From the NCBI GenBank assembly GCA_000320545.1, contig ADNK01000506.1, positions 1-64,000 of the forward strand: a stretch of 64,000 nt of DNA, given 5' to 3'. Both the position numbers and the translations under genes were made by a program. How positions within the stretch are numbered: position 1 is the stretch's first letter; each line of letters begins with the position of its first letter. The notes beneath the pieces were generated by a model. It saw nothing but the letters and a program-made list of their open reading frames with translations. It was not told where the DNA came from and made no database searches. Below, in pieces: positions 48,239 to 62,779 of the stretch. The stretch is from Bigelowiella natans CCMP2755 (Eukaryota > Protista > Cercozoa).

Positions 48239-49850
48239 TCATGATCTTTTCTCCTCAGGTTTAACAACGTTATTGCTGTTGCTGTCATCACTGGTTCCTG
48301 AAAATTTCATTCGAATCGGCAGCAAGTAGCTACTTGGGCGCGCTTTAGGATTCATTCTGGAGCCACTACCATTATCATCCTTGAGGCCCATATAAAAACG
48401 ATTCACAAGTGGAACAGCTGGTTTCCCTAAGTCATCCTTGCAATTCCTTATCGCCTGGAGCACACCCAGATCTAAAGAGTAATCGCCGTGCTTCGGAGGT
48501 CCCAAAACCACCAGAAGAAGAACATAGTTTGTACCCTTTTCTGGTACAATATCTCCTCTTTGAACAGCACGGATGGCATACGGCAGCGTAATGTCTGGCA
48601 CCCAGCCAGGACAATCGCTAAAGGATAGAAATGGAACTCTATGTGGCGCCTCTTGAAAATGTAGAGTACCTTTCTGTAGCTCATGAAAAATTGTTAGACC
48701 ATCATTTCGATGCTGTCTAATTGTAACAAGAGGAGCGGAGGGGTGATTCAATCTAGCCACGTAATATGGTTGAATATTGCGTGGGGTTGAATCTATCCAC
48801 GGAACATCGAAGTTTAGGGGTGAATTGTTGATGATATCGCTGCTTCTACGGGTTCTGTTCTGAACGTGAAGATTTGCCAGCCTTCTGGAAAGATTCCGTA
48901 CATCCTGAAATCTAGATCTTCCACCAGAAGGATTGCTGGAGCCCCTGCTTCTGGGAGGGGTGACAACCGATCTTGTAGTGACAGGGATGTTTCGATTGGG
49001 TCGTTTATCGGCAAGGACTATCGAATTTGAGTGGTAATCCTTCAACTGCTGCATATTACATGTCTTCTTTTTTGGAGCCTTCAGTTTCAACTTCTTACTT
49101 CGAATAAAAGCTTTATCTTTTAAATTCTCGTATGCCCTTTGAGCATCCTAAGAACCATGTGAAGAAAGAGAAAAACATTACAGATTTAGTCTTGAGTTTG
49201 AATGCCGTTGATAGGGTGTTGCATCGATGTGCAAATGTTTTGAAATGCTAACCTCTTCATTGTAAAAATTTACAAATCCAAGATCATCGGCCCCGAGCGT
49301 TCGCCGATCTTGTCGCCGAATATAAACGGATAGGAGTGTTCTTTTCTGTGCATGAGGTGAAAATAGGTTTACAAGATCATTCTCTATTATGTCTGCACTA
49401 ATGCCTCCAACCCAGATGGCCCAATACGATGCCATATCATCTTGAACCTCCTCGATTTGAATTTGATGCTCTAATTTTGGTGCAGCATTCGTGTCGACCA
49501 ATGTGGTCGATTCATCCTGCTTAGAAGCGGCCTCGGAGGCTGGAGATGGAGCGTATTGTTTAGTTGCGGTCTCTGGGATGGGAGAACCAGGAATTCCAGG
49601 CGCAGTAGAGAGTGCGGGAGTGCACCCTCCTTGGCGAAGAGCTTCTCCTAGAGCTTCTGTTAATCCAGGAGATACAGCTCCAGAAGGGGGCATCTCCCCT
49701 CTGGGAGAGGAGGTGGTGGCAGGAATTACCTCGTGGGGTTGTAAAGATGGCGTAGTGCTCAGAGCGGGAGACGAGAATCCGACAGATTCTGATCCTAAAA
49801 GTTCACCAGAAGAACCGGGGGCTACTCTGCCGAAGTCAACAAAAAATTAG
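48239..49850 (-). CDS. RRM-containing protein, multi-exon (5' end not resolved)
   Basis: RNP2-like AIWVGGI and RNP1-like LGFVNFYNEE|DAQRAYENL join across the intron (about 49149-49252) into the 283-aa terminal ORF. C-terminal region not recognised. Confidence 0.7.
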
Positions 49851-50362
49851 AATTTGGAACCCAAAAAGCAAATAGTTACAACCTTTCTTTGGTCGTCAGG
49901 ACGATCGCAATGAAGACGCCCAAGAAAAATATTCTTGTTGCATAGGCCCGCAATGTTCGGGGACAACGTCGCATGGCCAGTCGATCCTTAGGCATTCTTT
50001 ATCTTGGGCAGGATGGTGAGGGCATTGCCAACCGGGGGAACTGCTACGGTCGCGCCAGATCGGACAATAGTCAGCCTCTTTAATTCTCTACGGTTTCAGC
50101 AACAGGACCCAAAATAGATAGGCCGACATGGTAGCAGGCATCATTACTCGAATGTTTTGATTACATTCTTCACTTTCGGGGAATACATCAACCAAAAGTT
50201 GTATCTGATGCGATGAAATGTGCATTTTTGGGTGCCGAAAGTAGACGACATTTCGGTGCCGAGATAATATTTACAACTCGAGGGTTCCGAATATCATTAT
50301 TTTTGCGGCGGCGGCGCCTTGGAAGGTCTTCCTTGTTCTGGTGCCACCACGTGTCGTCAGCC

Positions 50363-53300
50363 ATGAACAAGGCATTGAGTTGCCACCAGGTTCTAACTTG
50401 TATGTAAGGTCACAAAGTTTGTTAAAAATAACCTAGATGATTTGGAGCAGATTCCAGATACAGAAATCCTAGTCGACTGGTTTCGACCGTTACCAGCAGC
50501 ATGGACAAAGTATCATCGCCGAACCATCTTTTTCCTCTCCCACTTCCACGGTAAAAAGACTTCGGAAGATTGATAAAATCAGGGTTACAAACCAGTGTAC
50601 TACAAATTTATTACCCAGGTGACCACTATTCGGGTCTTACAAGCGAATGGGACAAGGGTGCATCTTTCATTTTGTCTTTGTCGATGCTATACATCTCATA
50701 GTTGAAATATTAGGCGAAATTCACTGCTCTGTCATAACCGGAAATCTTTTACGGACGGTTATGGGTACTGTAGAAATCTTTCGAGTCAGCCGTTCCATAC
50801 ATTGACATATTATTGGTTGCTGTAGGTGTGAAGCAAGAGTACATCAAAACTCACCCAATGGGCTCTTCATTTGAGGTCTGAGCAGTACTACTGTAGATCT
50901 TCATTCTGTTCTCATGTACACTCATCAGGTATTTTCAAATGACCTTACCTCGCCAGTATCAATAAGACTATGTGACGCAAATCACTGTCCGGGTGCCGCT
51001 ATCCTGGTATTTCATTTGCATCATCGACATAAGGTACGAAGAAGGGTGAAAAGAAGATAGAGGAATGATAGGAGGAGGAGGAGGAGGAGGAGAACCCATT
51101 AAAGCTGATCCGACTATTTGTGGCAGGGAGACATCGCTTACATACATACGGGGGATTTCAGATTTATCCCGCGTATTCTTCAGCAAATTGAGCTGAAGTC
51201 TCGGTATTTATACCCAAGCTAGCGGCCATGATATCATTCTTTCTCTCCCCCCTGTATTCTCCATGTTAATCTAACTCACACGAGGATACTAAACAGTAAG
51301 GTCGCATTATTTGAAACTACCTTATATTTAATGGATAGATTGGAGGCTATATTCCTTGATACAACTTACTCAAATCCGAAATTCTTATTCGTTGATCAGG
51401 TTTTTAGTATCTACCACTTTTTTAAAACATCTGCAATAGATACACATCATTAATATCTTAGGCTGACTCTATCAGAATGATTACAGAGGCCATATCGAAT
51501 CAGCTGAAAGATGAGTATGGTTTAATACATCCTATTTCGCCTCTAACCAAGTATCTCCCTACCCTCCCCCCCCCCCCCTCTCTCCTCTCTCGGTTTGAGC
51601 CAATGGAACACAAATGAATTTGATGTGTAGGAGGGAAAGCTTGATCTTATTGTCAGCGTACAAGCTTGGCAAGGTATCCTAAGAATTTATCACTTTATTT
51701 AACAAGTATATTTTTCGAACCAAACGTTGCTGATTATGTGTGTTGAACAGGAGCGCATTCTTCTTGCAGTCGCAAAATCGCTGAACTTAAAGATATACGT
51801 AGATTTGGTAGGTGGATGAGGAAGGGAAGTGACAGTTTCGGTGATCTCTGATTGAGAAGAGATATTTGCATCACCATTTCAATATGTTCTCCTCCCTAAA
51901 ATTAAGTAGTTATTAGCCATCCCATTGAAATTTAGTACATTGATCAATATTAACCAATCATAGGCAAAAATGTCGGTGTTAGAGTGCCTTGGTATGGACG
52001 ACGAAGAAATGAATCTTTTCACCACTGATATGAAGAACTCTAACATTCATGTCGTAAGGGTAATTAAAAAGTCCATTTTCATATTTTTGGTTTCCTTTTT
52101 GTACATTTTAAATGACGTTTGTTATAGCTTTAAATGCAGCGTATTTATTTGTTGCCGCATTCATTTGGAAATATTTCTGCGTATTTTTGAACGAACAATA
52201 TCTCAGATGGGATTTTGTGGAGAGATGTGGCCGTACTTCAGGCCGAACTTTAAGAATATTAAAGACTACGTGGAGGATAATCGGTTACTGAACAACTAAT
52301 GTTCCAATTATAGCATGAGATTGATACGATTTGCTTTATCGCGCATCATTAGGCTCGGATCTTATGAAAAGGTTCTCGCTTTTATTCCTACTGGATGGGC
52401 AGATTCATCAAATTACAATAAAAGTCGTAAAATAATCATGAGATATAATATCGACCAAGTGATAGATATTTGAATAATAGTGCTGCTGCTGGAATACTTC
52501 TGATTTTTCGTCTGCAGTCCTACAAACAAAATTTTGATTGTGGTGATGATGGGAAAATTACAAAATGAAGGGTGGTTTTATTTGTATATTTTTTTAGAAG
52601 TTTGTTTGATTGGCGGAGATCATTTGAATGCAACAGTCGCATTTTGCAAATAAACTGATGAAAATTTCAATGATCCTGTAGGAAATGCAACTCGTATCAA
52701 AAATAATATCACGATAAAGGCCGTACCATACAGTGAGCATTCCAACTTCCAAGAATTAGTAAATTTCGTCAAGGTAGCAGTAATAGAATGAGCATTGATT
52801 CGTTTTTCCTGAAATTGTCCTGGATATGGTAAGGGTTGAGATAATCAATATGTTTAATAAAATATTTGGCCACTGCTTGCTGCTGCTGCTCCTGCTGTGG
52901 CATCTAATTTTTAGTTGGATGCTGCTGCTTTCCCCTGAGAACAACTAGCTAGCTGCTGCACACTCTTTCACGACCCTTGAACGGGCACAAAGGATTGATA
53001 CCGTTTTGAGATAATAATAGATTAGCTACATAGAATGGATTCCAAAGTGGCAGCAGTAATGTGTTATTGAGCTTGATATCTTCTCCCAAAATGATGTTGT
53101 TGTGATGCTATTTTTTAACATTAATGCTTTTGCTATTTCTTTACTTGCTTTAGGCCCTAAAACCAGTGAAAGTCATTCCTACGGGTAAATAAACACTCCA
53201 GCTAGAACTTAAAACGTTTTCCGACGTATTGCATTTCATATAGCAGAGTTCATAAGCTATAGAAATGTAAAACTAAGTTCGCAGCAACTATTGAAGATTT

Positions 53301-55380
53301 TTTTAAATCTATTCCAAATAATATTTACGGCTCACCGTTTTTGTTGTATTGCTCACTTTAGTTTCTCTTCTCTCTGCCTTCAGTGTTTCAAGATTTAGAC
53401 AATCGCAGGAAAATCGTCAAGCTTTTTTCCAATCTGACCGACTCCAACGTCGTCAAAAAGCGTTTCTTTCGGACACTCAAAATTAAAAGTAATAATATGG
53501 AAAACAGGGAAAACGATAAGGAGGATGAAAATGATGATATCGTCATAATCGAAGACAAGATTGTGGGTTCGGATGTGGTCAAAAATAGCATCAACGACAA
53601 GGCCAGAAAGACCTACACCATAAATGACGATGATACCATGAAGAGTATTGAGTCACCATACGATGATGATGATGCCACAAGAACCAAGAAGGTGAGGGAG
53701 GAGGAGGAAGAGGAGGAAAAAGATGATGATAACACATTCAAGATGGTGGTTGAGAATAAGGAGAAGAAAGAATTCATGATTAGTGTTCCGTGTCCTCTTT
53801 GCACTTTTCGCAACCAAATCCTATCTCCTACCTCTTACCTTACTCGATCCTTCAACACCTCGTGCACTATGTGTGGTCATCCTCTCGAAAATGATAAAAA
53901 TGATAATAAAAATGAGAATGAGAATAATAATAATAATAATAATGCGAGTGGGCAAGAGCAACAACAAATAGAAAAAAGACAAAGAGACTGCAAGACCGAC
54001 TTGAAGGCTAATGGCGAAGATGATGAGTGCAATAGCGGTGATGGTGATAACAACAAAGATCCCTTTCACAAGAAGAACATAGTAGGTGCTAAAACAAACT
54101 CTACTACTACTGAGTTCTCAATAGCAGCCTCTGATTCAAACTTGGGTAAAAGAAGGAGAATGAGGGACAAACCTCATGGGGACCTTTATCACAAGGCAAG
54201 GAAGAAGAATAACAATAATCGACGACAAATGTCAATCAAGTCTTTTTTCCACAAAACATCTAGCAACAATACAGATGCTTGTAATGAGGGATCGAAGAAA
54301 AGGTTTAAAAGAGAAGAGAAGACCACTAGCAGGAAGAGGGAAAAGAGAGCAAAAAGTGAAACATATGAAGAGCAGAAGAAGGATCTGATAACAGAAGATC
54401 TTACAGGAGGAGAGAGAGTTTCTTCCGGCAGACTACTCGCTACAACCGATACTACTACTACTACTACTACTACTACTACCACTACTACCGTTTCATGTCC
54501 TGGTAAATAATCCCTACAATATGATTAACACCAACAATATTTTTGCCCTCCTCCTCGTAGTATTTTTGTTGGCGGAGTTCAAGTTTAAGTGGTTTAAGGA
54601 TGGTTTTCCTTTTTATAAACGCGGTTGTTGACCTTCTTATCACCCCACACTTATTATGATGATATTTGCTTACTATCATGACTGATTAGCTTGCACCTTC
54701 ATAAACGTCTTGAAGAGATTGTCCAGCAACAAGGAGAAGAAATGGCGCTGTGAGATGTGCAGCACGGTGCTTCCTGTCGTCCGTAAAGAGATATCAGAGG
54801 CAGCATCAATAGCAGCTACTACGAAAATGATTATACCAATGACAAGGCATGCTGCTGCTGCTGCTGCTGAAGAGAATCATCCGAGTACCTCATCCTCAAC
54901 TGAATCTTTAGTCAATATATGTATACATCATTATCACTTCGACAATCCTCCTCCTCTTCCTCCTCCATTTCCAATTCCATTTTCACTACAAAAGCTGTTA
55001 ATGAAACTCCTAATATTTTGACTACTATACCTACTACTACTACAACTACTACTACTTCCTCAAAAGCAATATTATCCCAATCAGCTTCTTCGTCTTCTTC
55101 GTTTCCAAGAGGGGTAGAAATTCCTTCTCGATTCTGTCAACACACCATTGTAACAATCAACAATGTGATGATACAGCTAAGAGGTCAAGATGAAGATAGC
55201 AGCAGAAACACTGCTAGGACCACCACCAGCACCACCACCACCACCACCACCAGCAGCAAGTTTTCCGTCAATTTCGATGTTGAATTGGAGGACTACAACC
55301 CAAGAAATCCTGGTATAAATGATTTCATGATGATGGTTATTTCAAGTGCCCTTCCTGCCTTCTTACTTCCTCACACAAGC

Positions 55381-55422
<42 letters not shown>

Positions 55423-55859
55423 ATCTCTCTCTCACACACACACACAAACCAGCATATTAAAGCACTAACGTATGTAACAGGTGGGAATGGCGCATGGAAT
55501 GGCAAGGATGGGGTGTTTACGCAATATGTTCCTCGCCCTCGCTCACTCACTCACTCACTCACTCACTCACTCACCAAATTTAACATATGCTGCAATTAGT
55601 CGACAGTCAACATTTTCTTCCCTCCCCCTCCTCGTCGTTTCCTTGCTTCTCTTCCTATGGTACTGCTTGATGATGATGAAGGTACCTTATCTTTACCTTG
55701 CTCACGTGTTCGAAAGTCTTTCCTCCACTACTAAAAGGTAATATCCAGGTCGTCACGAACAAGTTTTAACTTCTTATTTCGGAAGGAATCATCATCAGGA
55801 TAAACGAATTTGCTTTTCTTCTTCATCATCATCTTCATCTTCTTCATCTTCTTCATCTT

Positions 55860-55891
<32 letters not shown>

Positions 55892-56422
55892 CGCACGCAC
55901 TGATATGATGAGACAGCATGGAATCCATTAACAAAGACAAAAACCACTACTACCACTACTACTACAACTACTTCTTAGATTGAAAAAGATGAGGATTCTT
56001 ACCAATATAATGAGGACCGCGTTGTTACTTAGTCCCGACCAACTGGCCGACATATTGTAAAGACGACAACACTTTTATACTCATATCATCGTCGATTATC
56101 ATCATTCTTATCATGCTTCTTAAATTTATATGAAGCATTTCTTAGCATACTATTTTTAATCATCGAGTAACTTATTCTTCTGATCCTCAGCTATCTTTGT
56201 ACAAACGACTTGAGTCCAGCGTATGAAGGTACTTGCTTCATTAACATGATAATTGATGTGTAATAAGCATATAATAGATAAACGAAGGAGTATTCTCTTC
56301 ATATCAGTGTGTATGTGGATGTGTGTAATCTTCATATTTGAGTATGATTTCTTTCCCGAATGTATGTGTTTTCGAATCGATACATGATCATCAGGTGTAA
56401 ATCTCTCAATTGGAGGTATTTT

Positions 56423-56463
<41 letters not shown>

Positions 56464-56747
56464 TTGTGTGTGTATATAATTCTATATATGAGAAGTTTTA
56501 TTAATGATGATCAATGATGATGATGATCATCATCATCATTATTTTTTAATTTTATCGGGGAATAATAAACTGTACTCATCAACTTTATATTCTGAATATT
56601 TACATGCTGCCAATACGATCACGCACGATCATACACCAATTTTTAAAAATAACATTAAGAACAATGGTAACAATAATAATGACAATGTTGTAGGGAGTAC
56701 CATAAGCTGGGCAGTGATGGAATCGAGCGGATGTAGTTCAGTAGTAA

Positions 56748-56782
<35 letters not shown>

Positions 56783-57238
56783 TCATGTTGATAGTGGTAG
56801 TAGTAGTAGTAGTAGTAGTAGAATGGTTGTTGGAATATGTTGATTGTATCAATAGCACTTCTTCGTCGTGATTATTTTTTAAGATTAATATCTCTGGGTG
56901 ATTTATTTACTTGCTTACTTATACGCTGCTGCCTGCTAGGCACTCGTTCCCACATGCGCGAAATGTATAAAAAACTTGGCGATTTGGGAGATGTAGCATT
57001 ATCCTGCAGGGCTAAGCTGCGTACCATGTTCAAGGTGAAGCCACTCACGATCAAGGGTGTCAGACAGGTATTATTCTTATTGCACGACTACTACTACACA
57101 ATTAAACAACACCACTTTCTTTACAAGAAGAAGAAGAAGAAGAAGAATAAGCATGCAGTCAAATAAACATAATAGATATGAGAGGAGGGGAAAAGAGAGA
57201 GGTGAGGGGGCGGGGAGCTTTCTACTACTTCTACTACA

Positions 57239-57272
<34 letters not shown>

Positions 57273-57308
57273 CTACTACTACACTACCAGCAAGTTAAAG
57301 TTGGCATT

Positions 57309-57341
<33 letters not shown>

Positions 57342-57719
57342 TACTTTTATCACGTCAGGAATTGCTAGCAATTGCTCACGAGAGTGGTCAAGGCAGTCAA
57401 AAGCGCAAGAAAAAACGAATATTATCGCTCCTTACTCGATGCAGGTGATGACAAGGCATTTAATGAAAGAAAGACTCATTGGCAATAATAGTAGGGTTAT
57501 TACCTGATGATATATATGTATAGCTGCAAATAATACGGTTGAATAATAAAAGATCTGTTGAGACTCGTTGGGTAGTTCGAACTTTATGTTTACATCTCAG
57601 GACAGGGGTAATAGTACTTAATTAATGAGTCGTTGATCATCAGTAATAAAATAAAAGTATTAGTTGCTGAAATTGTGTGGTGATATGCTCAACTTCCTAG
57701 TGTCAATACTACACACACA

Positions 57720-57751
<32 letters not shown>

Positions 57752-57819
57752 TATTCAAAAATCAAGATGTCATTTGAAGTGGATGATGTACCATGATTAC
57801 ATCTAGGTGATGAATATGC

Positions 57820-57862
<43 letters not shown>

Positions 57863-58886
57863 ATATAAATATTGTGTGTGTGTATGTGTTTGTGTACGTG
57901 TGTTTGTATGCGCTCACTACTCGTGTGTTTATTGTCTTCCTATACTCAAAGGCCACTCGTACATCATGTCTTGCAGCTCTTGCACAGGCAAAGGTAAGAA
58001 TTATTATTAGATGTTAGTAATTAATTATCCATTATTAGAAGATGCTGTTGTTGATGATGATAATGCTACATATACAGGCGACAAATTTATGTGATGAAGA
58101 AGCACGCAAGCACTTTGCACAATTGGTGAATAATTTTGATATTAATACTTAGGTGCTGCATGATTTCCAGACGGCGCTCTCATCATCATCATCATCAAAA
58201 TCAACGATGTTATCATCTACAACGGGGTGTACAACTAGTGGCCTTCTCCACCGTCTTGTCGCCAGCAAAGAAGAAGAAGAAGAAGAAGAAGAAGAAGAAG
58301 AGAACAACCAGAAGAAGAAGAAGAAGAAGAAGAAGAAGAAGAATATGGGGGAAAACAATCTTCTTCTTCGAAATCGTGGAAACAGCAGTGGCAATAGTGC
58401 CAATTATGGAGATAATGATAAAAGAAATAATGGGGGGGTTATTGCTGATGTTGAGGCTTCATCATCATCATCACCATCATCATATTCTTCCTCTTCACTG
58501 CATTTGAAGATATTATGCTGCTTGAAAGACATCAAGCAAGATATTAAAACGGCGCAGAAAATGGTAATCACAACCCTATATATTCACTTTATTTCTCTCT
58601 CTCGTTATCCTCTCTTCTTCGTCGTTATTGTAGCAACAGTATTCCTATTATTATAGGTTGCCGACGCATATAACCGACGACCGGATTTGGGTAAAATAAT
58701 CGAAGTGCTTACTCAAAAAGGAGGCGTGGGAATTGATGCGGTTATGTCGTTTCAGTGTACATTGAACAGCCATCAAAGAAGTTAGAAGTGGGAAGGGAGA
58801 GAGGGTTTGATGAAATGTTAGTAATTGTGAAGCCAATGTCGTTGTTGTTATGTGGGGATTAGCATTTAAGTTTTGTATTGTGTGCG

Positions 58887-58947
<61 letters not shown>

Positions 58948-59190
58948 CGTGTGTTTCTCCACAGGTTTTGTCAATTTGTGTAACACCTGGGCTGCCGGTG
59001 TGCTGCATGCTTGCTAACACAACAAGAAGCATCGATCAAGTCCTCTCTCTCTCTCTCTCATCAGCTATTACACATAATATTTATGTTTATATGTTTTTCT
59101 CTACTAGCTACACTAAATACTGATATTTGTACATGTATATCTCCGCGTGATATTTACCAATGTTATTACAGAATAAGAACATAACAATTT

Positions 59191-59287
<97 letters not shown>

Positions 59288-59507
59288 AGCAGAGTAATAC
59301 GAGTTTCTCTTGTTATTCTTTTTCCTCTCATCATTTCTCCCCAAGGTTCTTCTTCATCATCATTATCATTAATATTATTATCAGATACTAGAATTGCAAA
59401 GTGGCAAAATGACTGTGGCGCAGTATAAATACGACGGGCAGCGTGCACAAATTCACATGCTTCCAAACGGAAGAATCAAGGCAGCAGCCTACTTATAACA
59501 TTGGATA

Positions 59508-59539
<32 letters not shown>

Positions 59540-60351
59540 CATGATAATGGTGACGATGATGATGCTGACTGGATGCTGACTGACTAACTGGAAGAACAAA
59601 GTCATCATCATCCTCTTCGTTGTACAACGTGATAATATGTTGAATTAGGTTTTCTCACGACATAACGAGGACATAACTATGCGCTATCCAGATGCTATTA
59701 AGGCTGTTAGAGAAGCCCTACGACCTGATGATAATAATAATGATGATAATAGTAATAATGATGATGAGAGGCAGCTCCAGAAACACCATGCTCGTAAAAA
59801 TATCGATGACGATTCTAACGTTGAGGAACGACGACCTGTAACAACCGACGATAACCAGCATCCTTCAACACGGTGCTTCTTGTAGTCAGCTCTCTCCATC
59901 TCTCTCCCTCTCTATCTATCTATCTATCTTCTTATCGTTTCGAATATGAATAGTTGCATAGCTTCCTTTCTCAAGTAACACCTTCTGATCTATATAGCAG
60001 ATCCTTCATTTTGGATGCAGAAATTTGTGGATATAATCGGGAAGAAAAAAAGTCTGACATCACTAAAATATCGCCTCCGAAGCATATATTTGTATGCGTG
60101 TGCACACTATATAATGTTATCATATGTGTGGTTATACTAATGGATAAATAATTCGATTTTTTACTTGATGTGCTACTGATAATGTTGTTAACAATAACAA
60201 TTTATTATCATCATCCTGCAAAAATGAGGACATCATCATGATATGTGTGATAGACTTCTCTCATTTCAAGAGTTAAGCACACGTGCAAAAAAGAATAGCT
60301 CTGAAGAGGTATCCTCATAATAGCACTTAGCGCACCAATTATTTTCTGTTG

Positions 60352-60384
<33 letters not shown>

Positions 60385-62746
60385 TTACTGCTGCTGCTAC
60401 TCTTGACCAATGACTTCCACTTCAACGTTATCATCCATCATCATCAAAAACATCATTAATTACTTGTGACATATATGTAATGTGATACTATGATGAGTTG
60501 TTTTGATGTTGATGAATAAATGAATAATTGGTAGTATTATCTCCAATTAGGAACAAAAACGAGTCCCAGTGTGTATCTTTGTTTTTGATTTGATGTACGC
60601 TAATGATATGCCGTACACGCATCTGCCATTCAGTAGTAGACGAAAGCAGGTGAACCATAGATAGAAGAGAAGTGTTATTAAGGCCAATCCCTACGATGAT
60701 TCAATAATACAGTATGTAAGTGGTATAATAAAGTGAGTGAATTATTAATCATCATCATCCTCATCATAATCATTATCATTATCATTATTATCACCATCGG
60801 GTAAGTTTCGAATGTTGTTGTTTCATTTATCAAGATCGGAGAGATGTTCAGTGTGATTCCAGGAAAATTTGAAACAGCCCATGAAAAAAGGTGAAGATGA
60901 TGAAGATGATGATAATGACGATGATGATGCTAGCAGTAGCAGTATTATTATTTTAGCTTATTACCTTATTGAATCATCATTGAAACCACAGCTGCAGAAA
61001 TACGGATGAAATGAAAGAATTTCTCGCTTGTGCGCTTGAGGCCGGCACTGAAGGTGACTTAACAACCATATGGCAGCAGCAAGCAGCAGGAGCACGCATT
61101 AGCACAATCATGTTGCCTTTACCATGCTACGAGTTAATGCGAAAAAGTCATCATCATCATCATCATCATCATCATTACTATCATCATTATCATTATCATC
61201 ATCATAGAAGAATATTTATGGTAGGTTTAGTGGTCAAAGTTTTGGATAGCGTTTACACCCCAGGAAAACGTAACAACGACTGGCTTAAGCTTAAACCGGA
61301 CTATTCGGATGTTTGTTATTACTAATCTTAACCCTATCTCCCTCTCCTCTCAACTATTCTTTATGTATGTAACGAATGATACTAAGATAATAAGCGAAAC
61401 TGCTGGTTTGGTAATGTTTTTACGATCGTCAACACTTGAGTGGTCGCACAATAGAGGCGACAGTTGGGTTAAATATAAGAGAAATGGTGGTAGTGGTGAT
61501 GACATTGATGATTACGGACATAATTACTACTACATCATATTACAATGAAATTGATCATTGGTAGTACTCAGTCATCCGGTTATCGTCGTCGTCGTCGTCG
61601 TGGTCTGCCGTCGTTTATTTTGTTGTTGTGACCCATCCATCCATCCATCACAGACGATGGGTGATTCAATTGACGTCGTACCTATTGGTGCTTGGTGGGG
61701 AAACGGTAGAAAGGTACCGTAAGAGCATGGTGATATATCATATTACCAACCTAGCTGTCGTCTTCACCAGCGTCATACTGTAATAATAACAGATTTGACA
61801 AGATTTTCCTCCTTCTACTACCACTACTACTACCACCGTCACCACTACAACTACGACTACTACTACTCTACTACCACTACTACTATCATCGCTATTGGTA
61901 TGAATTGCTCTACCTGATAATACGTTGCTTTATAGGCCGGATGGTTCAGCCCTTTTTTGCTAGCGGTAAGTTATCTAATACTCTATTAATCATCAAACAA
62001 AAGATATCATTTTGATCTCTTCTCCACCTGTCTAGATAAGGATAAGAAGGAGAAGAAGAAGGATTAAACATATAATTTTTAATACAAATTGGTGGCTGGC
62101 AATTGCCGACAGTAGGATCTAATAATATCTAAATTTCCATACCGTGTGTTTATTTGTCTTAGGTTTATGATAGTGAATCTGAGACGTACCAAACGCTTTG
62201 TCGATGTAGTAAACTACAGCATACATCGTCGTAGCTGCATACAATTGAACATATGTATTTTCATATATTATTGTCACGTATTCCTTTCTGGTTTAATCGA
62301 GTAAAGTGATTGAGTTGCCGTGTCCAAAAATCACTATGTAGGTATGAGTGGTTTCACGGATGAGTTCTACAAAAGCCAGACAGAATATTATAAACAGCAC
62401 ATCATCAAACCAGAACCATTCGTTTTAAGAGGCGAAAATCCGTCTGTCTGGTTTAAACCCTTACAGGTCGATCTGTTGGTTCATGCAGAACAATGAAAAG
62501 TATTTTTCTTTTTCATTTCAATTTACATGTAGATTATGTGTATAGGTTTGGGAAATTCGAGGCGCTGAATTGACTGTATCTCCTGTACACAAAGCTGCTG
62601 AGGGTCTTCTATCCACACACCCAGGGAAAGGGCTTTCAATTCGTTTTCCACGTTTCATAAAAGTCCGAACAGATCGGGATGTGACTGACACCACATCACC
62701 AGAACAACTTGTGAATCTTTTTAGTTCGCAGTATCGTCGTTTGTAA
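50363..62746 (+). CDS. LIG6: DNA ligase 6-like (SNM1-type metallo-beta-lactamase/beta-CASP nuclease fused to ATP-dependent DNA ligase), multi-exon
   Basis: Nuclease exons: IPDTEILVDWFR, FLSHFHG|DHYSGL, DANHCPGA, HTGDFR, LDTTY, GEMWPYFRPNF, FIPTGW, VPYSEHS. Ligase exons: YKYDGQRAQIH, LDAEI, FVFDLMY, EGLVVK, WLKLKPDY, AWWGNGRKAGWFSPFLLA, MSGFTDEFY, LSIRFPRF; stop TAA 62744-62746. Confidence 0.9.
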
Positions 62747-62779
62747 TGAACGCGTTGTCATGTGTTCAGCGTTACGTTT

